Shown in pieces: positions 17,191-24,958 of a stretch of 42,718 nucleotides of DNA. Under the pieces are notes generated by a model. The model searched no databases, had not been told where the DNA came from, and saw only the letters and a list, made by a program, of their open reading frames with translations. Position numbers and translations under genes: made by a program. Location of the stretch: assembly GCA_003551565.1 (NCBI GenBank), contig PUMZ01000036.1:1-42718 (forward strand), given 5' to 3'. Position 1 is the stretch's first letter; every line of letters starts with the position of its first letter. This stretch comes from Candidatus Brocadiaceae bacterium. GTDB lineage: Bacteria; Planctomycetota; Brocadiia; SM23-32.

Positions 17191-18219
17191 ATGCCTTTCA
17201 CCTTGAAACGGGGCACCAATATCTCGCACTGGCTCAGTCAGAGCTCCCGGCGCGGTCGTGAGCGGGAAGAATGGTTCACACGGCAGGACATACAATACAT
17301 CGCCGATCTCGGTTTTGATCACCTCCGGATACCCATCGATGAAGAACAGATGTGGGACCGTACGGGACGCCCCGTAACGGAGGCGTTCGACCTGCTTCAC
17401 GCCGCACTGGACCGGGCCGAATCCGCCGGCCTGCGCGCGGTCGTCGACCTGCATATCCTGCGCAGCCATTATTTCAACGATAAGGAAGAACCGGCGCTTT
17501 ACCGCGACCCCGCGGAAGAGAAAAAATTCTGCTCCCTGTGGAGCGGCATCTCAGAACAACTGCGTGCGCGCGGCACCGATCTTGTCGCCTACGAGCTGCT
17601 CAACGAAGCCGTGGCTCGCGACCCCGGGGACTGGAACCGTGTCTCCACCGCGGCCTTCAACACCATTCGCGAACGGGAACCGGACCGGACCATCGTGCTT
17701 GGATCGAACAGCTTTTGCAGCACGCAGACCTTTGACGTGCTCCACGTGCCGGATGACCGTCACTGCATCCTGACCTACCATTACTACCGTCCCATGCTGA
17801 TAACCCACTACCGGGCCGGCTGGACGGATGTCGGTCGCTATGACGGACCGGTGCATTATCCCGGACGACCGGTGGTTTCGGAAGATATTGCAAAACTGGA
17901 TCCGGAAGTCAAAGCCAGAATGCGGGAGTGGAACACGCCGTTCGACCGCTCGACGATGATCGCCGACCTGGCCGGGCCCCTCGCCGTCAGCGATCGCACC
18001 GGCCTGCCGCTGTATTGCGGAGAGTTCGGGGTGATCAATAAAACGCCCATGCCGCTGCGGCTGGCCTGGTACAGGGACATGATCCGAACGCTGAACGATT
18101 ACGGGATCGCATGGGCCAACTGGGATTACAAGGGCTCCTTCGGCATCGTCACCCCCGACGGCAAGGAAACCGGCATCGCCGGGGTGCTGCTCGGACAGGA
18201 CCTCCCCCGGACAACGTAG
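17191..18219 (+). CDS. glycoside hydrolase family 5 (cellulase/mannanase-type) enzyme
   Basis: ORF 17191..18219. It has ..AYELLNEA.. (acid/base Glu) and ..LYCGEFG.. (nucleophile Glu). No signal peptide. Confidence 0.8.
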   Translation: MPFTLKRGTNISHWLSQSSRRGREREEWFTRQDIQYIADLGFDHLRIPIDEEQMWDRTGRPVTEAFDLLHAALDRAESAGLRAVVDLHILRSHYFNDKEEPALYRDPAEEKKFCSLWSGISEQLRARGTDLVAYELLNEAVARDPGDWNRVSTAAFNTIREREPDRTIVLGSNSFCSTQTFDVLHVPDDRHCILTYHYYRPMLITHYRAGWTDVGRYDGPVHYPGRPVVSEDIAKLDPEVKARMREWNTPFDRSTMIADLAGPLAVSDRTGLPLYCGEFGVINKTPMPLRLAWYRDMIRTLNDYGIAWANWDYKGSFGIVTPDGKETGIAGVLLGQDLPRTT

Positions 18220-18402
18220 CTCATCGCCGTTGTGCACCTTTTACTTGCCGTATCGCCTGGAAGACGGTAACATTGCCTGAATGCAGTCATTCGCTGCGGC
18301 CGGCCGTGGGGGAAACAAAGAACCGCCCTGCTCAGCCGGTTCCCGAATCCCCCGGTTCGTGTTGGAGAGTCATCGTGCAACGGGCTCCATGGAGGCAATG
18401 AA

Positions 18403-20547
18403 GTGAAACGAACGACGACGAACCGCAATGCGTCCCTGCCGATCACGATCGCGTGCATACTCGCCCTTGGCGGCGCTCTGCCGGCGGCCGCACAAGAGCC
18501 GACCGGCCCGGACGGAGTACGGATCGGCCCCGCATTTCAGGACGACCTCAAAGAGGTTACAGTGCCGCTGATCGAGCAGTATGCAAGCCGCCATCCGCGG
18601 CTGCTTTTTTCCGCCGAAGATATCCCGGACCTGAAACGGAAGGCGGAGGAACAACCAGCACTCTGGAACCTGGTGGTTGCCAACGCCGAGAGCCTCGTCC
18701 GGCGCGAGGTGCCGGACGAAAGGGAGGTTGCCGGCGGCGCCCACTACTGGCGGATCGAGTTCGTCCAGTCGGGCGCTCTGGCCTATGTCCTGACGGGCGA
18801 ACAAAAATACCTGGATGCGGCACGCAACTGGATGGTCCGCTACTGCCGGGGAGAAATCTGGGGCGAGGGCTGGGGCGAGAACGTGGATCTCTTTGCCGGA
18901 TGGTATCTCTACCATATCGGCATTGCCTACGACCTGTTGCGAGAACACCTTGACGAAGAGGATCGCGTGCTCATCCGCGACGGCCTGGCCGACCACGCCA
19001 GGGCGGTGAGCGAGGACGGGCTGGAAACACGCTACACCGATGGTTTTCGCTACGACCAGAACCACACCTACATCCCGGTAACGGGCATGGTCGCCGCGTC
19101 CCTGGCTATCATGGACGAAGTGCCCGAAGCACACGATTGGCTCAGACGCGGTTACGTGATTATGAACCGCTCGCGCTACGTGCTTGGGCACGACGGCTAT
19201 TACTATGAAGGGCCCGCTTACTGGGCTTTCGCCCTGCACTGGCACGCACGCTACGCCGAACTGATGGGCCGCGCCACCGGCGATATGCAGCAATTTATGG
19301 CACTGCCGGCCCTCGCCCGCAGCTGGCTCTACGCCCTGCATACCTCCCTGCCCGGTTTCCCCTGGGGCTTCGATATGCACGACACGGGGCGCTGGCCGGA
19401 TGGAAAGCGCGGCGGCGGCCCAAGAGTTACGCAGCATCCTTACCTGTGGGCGGTAGCCGGAGCCCTGCGGGACGGCAACTCTCAGCTTGCCGGCGACTTC
19501 CTCAACCGGCGCGGGCCGGAATGGGATTATCCCGCTTCCGCCTTCCTGTGGTATGACCCTTCGCTCGAACCGGCCGACCTGGAAGCGGTCAAACCCCGGC
19601 ATTATTTTGAAGATCATGGCGTGGTCTTCTGGCGCACCGGTTGGGAAGATGAAGAGGCCACCTGCATCGCGTTCCGCTGCGGTCCACCCCAGGGGCATGC
19701 CGCCACCGAAAAGCTGAAAGCCATCGATGACTGGATAATGAATTCCGGCCACGTTCACCCCGATATCGGAGCCTTCTATCTCTACGGCCGCGGAACCTAT
19801 CTGGCCGGGGGGACCGGGTTCACCGCCCGCAAATTCACACGCGACCACAACACACTGCTTGTCAGCGGCAAAGGGCAGGGCGTGGACGGCTCCTACTGGA
19901 ACGACCGCGGCTGGCCCTACGAGAGGTTCGACGCCGCCCGGATCGAGGCGGTGCATCTGAGCGAAAAGTATGCCTACGCCCGCGGCGAGTTCAGCAGCGT
20001 CTATCCGAATGGGCTGGAGCTGGAATCGCTCCACCGCACCCTGCTGGCGAGCGAAGATTACGTCCTGATCGTCGACAGATTGAAGGCCGACCGGCCCCGC
20101 TCGCTCACATGGTTCGTGCATACCGATGAACCGTTCCGGCCCCTGGAGGAAGGCCGCTACCTGATGGAGAAAGCGGACGGACGCCTGCTGGTGCAGGTGC
20201 TGGAACACCGGGGAGTGGACGGAGAGGTGCTCGATATCGATGCCGCCATGGAGCCGACCGTCGTCATGGCCGGAACCGCGCCCGGTGACGGCACGCCGAC
20301 GCAACGCGGCCATCATCTTGCGCTCGAAACCGGGGAGGCGGCGGAGGTGACACTGGTGACGCTGCTCGTTCCGCTGGGACCCCATGATCCGCCGCTCGAA
20401 TACCGGGTCGAACCCGATCACGAACCGCCCGGGCTGATCGCGATCAAATTGTTCCGGACGCCGGATGAGGCGGAACGTCTCCGCGTGGATACCGGATGGA
20501 CGGCCGAAGACGGCGGCGAACCGGCAACCATACGACCCGCTCCGTAA
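18403..20547 (+). CDS. heparinase II/III-like polysaccharide lyase, secreted
   Basis: ORF 18403..20547 with a GTG start and GGAGG 7 nt upstream. The signal peptide ends ..LGGALPAAAQE. It has ..HPRLLFSAEDIPDLK.., ..HVHPDIGAFYLY.. and ..DHNTLLV... Confidence 0.75.
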   Translation: MKRTTTNRNASLPITIACILALGGALPAAAQEPTGPDGVRIGPAFQDDLKEVTVPLIEQYASRHPRLLFSAEDIPDLKRKAEEQPALWNLVVANAESLVRREVPDEREVAGGAHYWRIEFVQSGALAYVLTGEQKYLDAARNWMVRYCRGEIWGEGWGENVDLFAGWYLYHIGIAYDLLREHLDEEDRVLIRDGLADHARAVSEDGLETRYTDGFRYDQNHTYIPVTGMVAASLAIMDEVPEAHDWLRRGYVIMNRSRYVLGHDGYYYEGPAYWAFALHWHARYAELMGRATGDMQQFMALPALARSWLYALHTSLPGFPWGFDMHDTGRWPDGKRGGGPRVTQHPYLWAVAGALRDGNSQLAGDFLNRRGPEWDYPASAFLWYDPSLEPADLEAVKPRHYFEDHGVVFWRTGWEDEEATCIAFRCGPPQGHAATEKLKAIDDWIMNSGHVHPDIGAFYLYGRGTYLAGGTGFTARKFTRDHNTLLVSGKGQGVDGSYWNDRGWPYERFDAARIEAVHLSEKYAYARGEFSSVYPNGLELESLHRTLLASEDYVLIVDRLKADRPRSLTWFVHTDEPFRPLEEGRYLMEKADGRLLVQVLEHRGVDGEVLDIDAAMEPTVVMAGTAPGDGTPTQRGHHLALETGEAAEVTLVTLLVPLGPHDPPLEYRVEPDHEPPGLIAIKLFRTPDEAERLRVDTGWTAEDGGEPATIRPAP

Positions 20548-20717
20548 GAAACCCGGCCCGACGGCGGGCGGTCCTTTGCATTTTTTTGGGCAAGGAGGTA
20601 CAACAAATGCATGGAAAGCTCGTTCGCAGGATGGGAAGGAAATATCCGGTCCGCACGGCCGCCGGCTGGAGCGGGGGACACGGACGGGAGATTGTCAGCG
20701 AGAGAGGAGAATCTGCA

Positions 20718-22019
20718 ATGAACGCAATGAAAGGATACGGGATGAAGTCGGTGCTGTTGACCGCAGCCCTGGCGCTTCTCGGCGCTTGCGCCCGGGAACC
20801 TGTTGAGACGCAACACGGTGTGGATGAACCGGAGGCGGAGCATCCGTGGAGCCGGTGGGACCATGTGCCGCAGGACGAGGATTTTTTCCCCTTCGGAGTG
20901 TGGGCGCAGGAGCCCCGCGACGCGGAGGCCTACCGGGAGCTGGGGGTGGACTATTATTTCGGTCTGCACGGCGGCCCGACCGCCGAGCAGGTCGAAGAGA
21001 TGCGGAGGCACGAGATGCCGTTTATCGGACGTTTCAACGATTACGCCAAAGAACACCTGCTGGAAGATCCCCTCGCCTGGGGATGGATGCACCGGGATGA
21101 GCCCGACCTCGCACACGTTTATCCGCGCAACCTTCTCAAAGGGCCGGAAGGCGAGGAGATCCTCAAAAAGCACTGGCCGGAGGTCTACGAAGAACTGGAA
21201 CGCGAAGGCCGGGAATACGACGGATGGGGTATGGGCGCCAATCCGGTCGATCTGCAGGAAGACTACAGGCGCTGGCGCGAGCTGGACCCCCTGGACAGGC
21301 CTGTTTTCCTTCAATTATCCAGGGCCGTAAGCACCGAAGGCAAGGAAATGGGGCGTGGCGACCATTCCGGTAATGTCGAGGTGTACCCCGGCTATTTCAA
21401 AGCATCGGATATAATAAGTTTTGATAACTATCCAGTCGCTTACGGCGAGGCTGACAAGTTGTGGCTTATCCCAAAGGGACTGGACCAGCTCAAGGCCTGG
21501 GGAAGCGGGGACCGACCGTTAATGGTCATCCTCGAGGCCGGTTTCGGGGAAGAATGGGCCGACAAACATCAGCAGCGTGCCCAGGCCTGGATGGCAATCA
21601 ACCACGGCGCTTCAAGCATCACCTGGTTCTGCCACCGGTGGGCGGAGCGGAACGGCGAACGGCAGCTGGTGAGCACACGCATGCCGCTTTCCGAACCGGC
21701 GGTCGGCGAAGCAATCCGGGACATCATGGCGGAGATCAAATCCCTGGGCGCGGTGATCAACAGCCCGCCACAAAACCACCTGGCCGCCGCCGAAGGGCAG
21801 GAGCTGAACCTGGGCGCACGGATCTACGGCAGCGCCGGCTACGTCTTCGCCGTCGAAATGGACGGGGCCGAAGGAGAGGCCTGGATCACGTTCGAGGGTC
21901 TGGGCGATGCCGAGGTGGAAGTGATCGGCGAGGAACGAACCGTCCGGGCCGAAGGGGGCCGCTTCCGCGATCACTTCGACCCCTGGCAGGTGCGGCTCTA
22001 CCGGTTCCCCCTGCCTTAA
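20718..22019 (+). CDS. lipoprotein, possible TIM-barrel glycosidase-like; family not recognised
   Basis: ORF 20496..22019, with the start at ATG 20718 (GAGAGGAGA 7 nt upstream). It has the canonical lipobox ..ALALLGAC... Confidence 0.6.
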   Translation: MNAMKGYGMKSVLLTAALALLGACAREPVETQHGVDEPEAEHPWSRWDHVPQDEDFFPFGVWAQEPRDAEAYRELGVDYYFGLHGGPTAEQVEEMRRHEMPFIGRFNDYAKEHLLEDPLAWGWMHRDEPDLAHVYPRNLLKGPEGEEILKKHWPEVYEELEREGREYDGWGMGANPVDLQEDYRRWRELDPLDRPVFLQLSRAVSTEGKEMGRGDHSGNVEVYPGYFKASDIISFDNYPVAYGEADKLWLIPKGLDQLKAWGSGDRPLMVILEAGFGEEWADKHQQRAQAWMAINHGASSITWFCHRWAERNGERQLVSTRMPLSEPAVGEAIRDIMAEIKSLGAVINSPPQNHLAAAEGQELNLGARIYGSAGYVFAVEMDGAEGEAWITFEGLGDAEVEVIGEERTVRAEGGRFRDHFDPWQVRLYRFPLP

Positions 22020-22072
22020 CCCGCATTTCATAAAACAAAGATAATACTTGACATAAATGATGCAACAACAGT
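22017..22072 (+). repeat. 56-nt AT-rich block, copy 1 (partner at 36040..36095)
   Basis: TAACCCGCATTTCATAAAACAAAGATAATACTTGACATAAATGATGCAACAACAGT. An ungapped hand alignment to 36040..36095 gives 47/56 identical. Confidence 0.8.
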
Positions 22073-22100
22073 CGGATTAGACTGGTCCGGAGATTCACCT

Positions 22101-22120
22101 GAGAGCCTGTCAAGGCTCTC
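22101..22120 (+). terminator. GC-rich hairpin GAGAGCC-TGTCAA-GGCTCTC followed by TTT; weak intrinsic-terminator candidate
   Basis: A 7-bp stem lies about 80 nt after the stop at 22019. The T-tract is only 3 nt, so it may be a REP-type hairpin instead. Confidence 0.3.
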
Positions 22121-22237
22121 TTTGGAGTGCGGTGCGGAGCGTCAGCGGAGCACCGCTTTCATGTTCGCAGGATTGGGGAACAAGGAAAAATGACAAATGA
22201 AAGCGGCGCTCCACTCTGTTTCGCGCCGCACTCCAAA
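22121..22237. repeat. imperfect 41/42-nt inverted repeat (arms 22121..22162 and 22197..22237), REP-like
   Basis: The left arm is TTTGGAGTGCGGTGCG..GGAGCACCGCTTTCAT. The reverse complement of the right arm is TTTGGAGTGCGGCGCG..GGAGCGCCGCTTTCAT. The spacer is 34 nt. Confidence 0.75.
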
Positions 22238-22259
22238 CTCAACACGTTGGAGCAGAACG

Positions 22260-24773
22260 ATGAAAATCATTGATTTGAACGGTGATTGGGCATTGAGAAG
22301 ACGGGATCAGAAGAAAACGGTCCCCGCAACAGTGCCCGGCTGCGTACATACCGACCTGATGGCGGCGGATCAAATCAAGGATCCCTTTGTCCGCGATCAT
22401 GAAGAGGAGCTGATGTGGATCGGGGAATCCGATTGGGTTTATTCCCGCACGTTGGAAGCCGACGCGGAACTCCTCGACAACAACCGCATCATCCTTCGGT
22501 TCGAGGGGCTTGACACCCTGGCGGACATCTTCGTCAATGGAACGAAAGTGGCCTCCACCGACAACATGTTCCGCCCCTACGAATTCGATGTGAAGGACAG
22601 GCTCAAACGCGGAGAGAATGTGATTGAAGTCTTTTTTTCCTCGCCTGTTAAATATGTACGGAAAAAAATGGCCGAACGCCGCATTCTTGCCCAATCGTTC
22701 AATAAGGTCCCCGGAGTCGGCTACCTGCGCAAAGAGCAGTGCAATTTCGGCTGGGACTGGGGCCCGAAATGTGTCACCGCCGGTATCTGGCGGCCGGTCA
22801 GGATGTTCGGATACAACACGGCGCGCCTTACGGATGTCTGCGTTCAACAGGATCACGGTCCGGACGGCAAGGTCAAGCTTTCATTGAACGTCGAGGTCGA
22901 TACCGTTGGGACGCCGTCCCTGGCGGCGGATTTTTCCCTGACTTTCCGGGGGCGTTCAGTGGCAGACGCTTCCTGCGTTTTGGAACACGGACGGGGCCGT
23001 GCCGAGATACCGCTGGAGGATCCTGAGCTGTGGTGGCCAAACGGACTCGGCGATCAAAACCTCTACGATCTCGAAACCACGATCAGGACCGACGACGGCG
23101 CGTTGATGGACAGCAATCATCAACGGGCGGGATTGCGCACCCTGGAATTGGTGCGGGATTTTGACGAAGACGGGCAGTCGTTCTATTTCCGGGTCAACGG
23201 CGTACCGTTCTACGCCAAAGGCGCCAACTGGATCCCGGGGGATGTTTTTCAGGCGCGGATGACCGAACAGCGCTACCGCCACCTGCTGGAAAGCGCCCGG
23301 TCCGCCAACATGAATATGGTCCGGGTCTGGGGCGGAGGTATTTACGAAGAAGATGTTTTTTACGATGCATGCGATGAACTGGGACTGTGTGTCTGGCAGG
23401 ATTTCATGTTCGCCTGTGCGGCCTACCCGGCGTTTGATGATGAGTTTTTGGAAAACGTCCGTTCCGAAGCCCGGGAGAATGTCAAGCGCCTGAGAAACCA
23501 TCCATGCCTCGCTCTGTGGTGCGGTAATAACGAGCTGGAGCAATTACGGGCCGTCAAGGACGGCGCGGATGATGAGGGGCGGATGAACTGGAAGGATTAC
23601 GCACGATTGTTCGATCAATTGCTCCCCGATACGGTGGAAGAGCTGCATCCCGAATGCGCTTACTGGCCCTCGAGCGAACACACACCGGTCGGCGACCGCA
23701 CCCATACCAGCCACCCGGACTTTGGTGACGCCCATCTGTGGAATGTCTGGCACGGCAAGGAGCCCTTCGAATGGTATCGCAGCAGTTACCACCGGTTCTG
23801 CAGTGAATTCGGGTTCCAGAGCTTCCCCGAGCCGAAAACCGTGGCCGAATTCACCTGTCCCGAAGACCGCAATCCGACCAGTCCGATCATGGAAAAACAC
23901 CAGCGCTGCCGGGAGGGAAACGAAAAGATCATCCATTACATGCTGAAATGGTTCCGCTTCCCCATAGGGTTTGAAAACATGATATGGCTCAGCCAGATCC
24001 AGCAGGGCCTGGCGATCAAATACGCCGTTGAGCACTGGCGGCGCAACATGCACCGCTGCATGGGCGCACTGTACTGGCAGTTGAATGACTGCTGGCCGGT
24101 TGCAAGCTGGGCGTCGATCGACGGCTCCGGGCGCTGGAAGGCTTTGCATTATCTGGCCCGACGCTTTTTCGCTCCGGTGCTCGTCAGCGGCGTGGAAAAT
24201 CCTCAGGACGGCACGGTGGCCGTTCATGTCAGCAACGACCGGAGCAGAAAATTCTCCGGAAACGCCGTCGCCACCGTCACCACGGTCGATGGTCAGCAAC
24301 TGGAAGAACACCACATCGAGGCCGCCGTCCGGCCCGGAACGTCCGCTCACGTGGCCACGCTGGATCTCTCCGGTTGCCTCAAGGAATTTTCGGCGGGACG
24401 TATCATGGTCTGGCTGAGCCTCCAGGAGGACGGTGAAACCCTGTCCACCAATTTTGTGCATTTTGTCAAGCCCAAGCATATGGACCTGGCGGAACCGGGC
24501 ATCAGGGCAGAGGTTCAGGATCTGGAGGATTCTTTTCTTGTCACCCTGGAGACGTCAAAACCGGCGCTCTGGGTCTGGCTGGAGCTGCGTGAATGCGACG
24601 CGGAATTCTCCGACAATTTCATCTGCCTTCCGCCGGGAGAACCCGTCCGGATCGCGGTCCGCCCGCAGGTGCAGCTCGGCAAAAAGCCTTTTGCGGAAGC
24701 GCTGCGTTGCCGGAGCATCTACCATACCTACAACGGACATACAGCGCAAAAACACCTGCCTGATATCGCCTGA
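22260..24773 (+). CDS. GH2 beta-mannosidase
   Basis: ORF 22197..24773, with the start at ATG 22260 (GGAG 7 nt upstream). It has MKIIDLNGDWALRR.., ..RFEGLDTLADIFVNG.. and ..CNFGWDWGP... Length is 837 aa. No signal peptide. Confidence 0.85.
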   Translation: MKIIDLNGDWALRRRDQKKTVPATVPGCVHTDLMAADQIKDPFVRDHEEELMWIGESDWVYSRTLEADAELLDNNRIILRFEGLDTLADIFVNGTKVASTDNMFRPYEFDVKDRLKRGENVIEVFFSSPVKYVRKKMAERRILAQSFNKVPGVGYLRKEQCNFGWDWGPKCVTAGIWRPVRMFGYNTARLTDVCVQQDHGPDGKVKLSLNVEVDTVGTPSLAADFSLTFRGRSVADASCVLEHGRGRAEIPLEDPELWWPNGLGDQNLYDLETTIRTDDGALMDSNHQRAGLRTLELVRDFDEDGQSFYFRVNGVPFYAKGANWIPGDVFQARMTEQRYRHLLESARSANMNMVRVWGGGIYEEDVFYDACDELGLCVWQDFMFACAAYPAFDDEFLENVRSEARENVKRLRNHPCLALWCGNNELEQLRAVKDGADDEGRMNWKDYARLFDQLLPDTVEELHPECAYWPSSEHTPVGDRTHTSHPDFGDAHLWNVWHGKEPFEWYRSSYHRFCSEFGFQSFPEPKTVAEFTCPEDRNPTSPIMEKHQRCREGNEKIIHYMLKWFRFPIGFENMIWLSQIQQGLAIKYAVEHWRRNMHRCMGALYWQLNDCWPVASWASIDGSGRWKALHYLARRFFAPVLVSGVENPQDGTVAVHVSNDRSRKFSGNAVATVTTVDGQQLEEHHIEAAVRPGTSAHVATLDLSGCLKEFSAGRIMVWLSLQEDGETLSTNFVHFVKPKHMDLAEPGIRAEVQDLEDSFLVTLETSKPALWVWLELRECDAEFSDNFICLPPGEPVRIAVRPQVQLGKKPFAEALRCRSIYHTYNGHTAQKHLPDIA

Positions 24774-24958
24774 AAAACGTCCATTTGCGCCAATAATGAA
24801 ATTCTGGTACAACTAAGATAGAATAGACCGGCATCATCCGCATGAAGCAAGGGAAATGAGCCGCCTTGCTTATTGCCGACGTCCGAGCCAACGGCCGGAT
24901 GGGACAATTGTTACGCGACCGGCTCATAAAGCGAATATGTGAGGGAGGCCGAAACGCC

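Noticed and set aside
18370-20421. 683-aa minus-strand ORF
   Set aside because: It is antisense to the heparinase II/III-like gene (18403-20547), which has clear family motifs and a signal peptide. The shadow ORF has none.
21612-22031. 139-aa minus-strand ORF starting MKCGL, identical in its first five residues to the cca N-terminus
   Set aside because: Only the first 15 nt are shared, as part of the duplicated 56-nt block. The rest is antisense to the lipoprotein gene and has no nucleotidyltransferase motifs.
22197-22259. Upstream ATG giving a 21-codon N-terminal extension of the beta-mannosidase
   Set aside because: The first 14 codons of the extension (22197-22237) are the right arm of the inverted repeat 22121-22237. 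ATG 22260 has a GGAG at proper spacing and begins with the family-typical MKIIDLNGDW.
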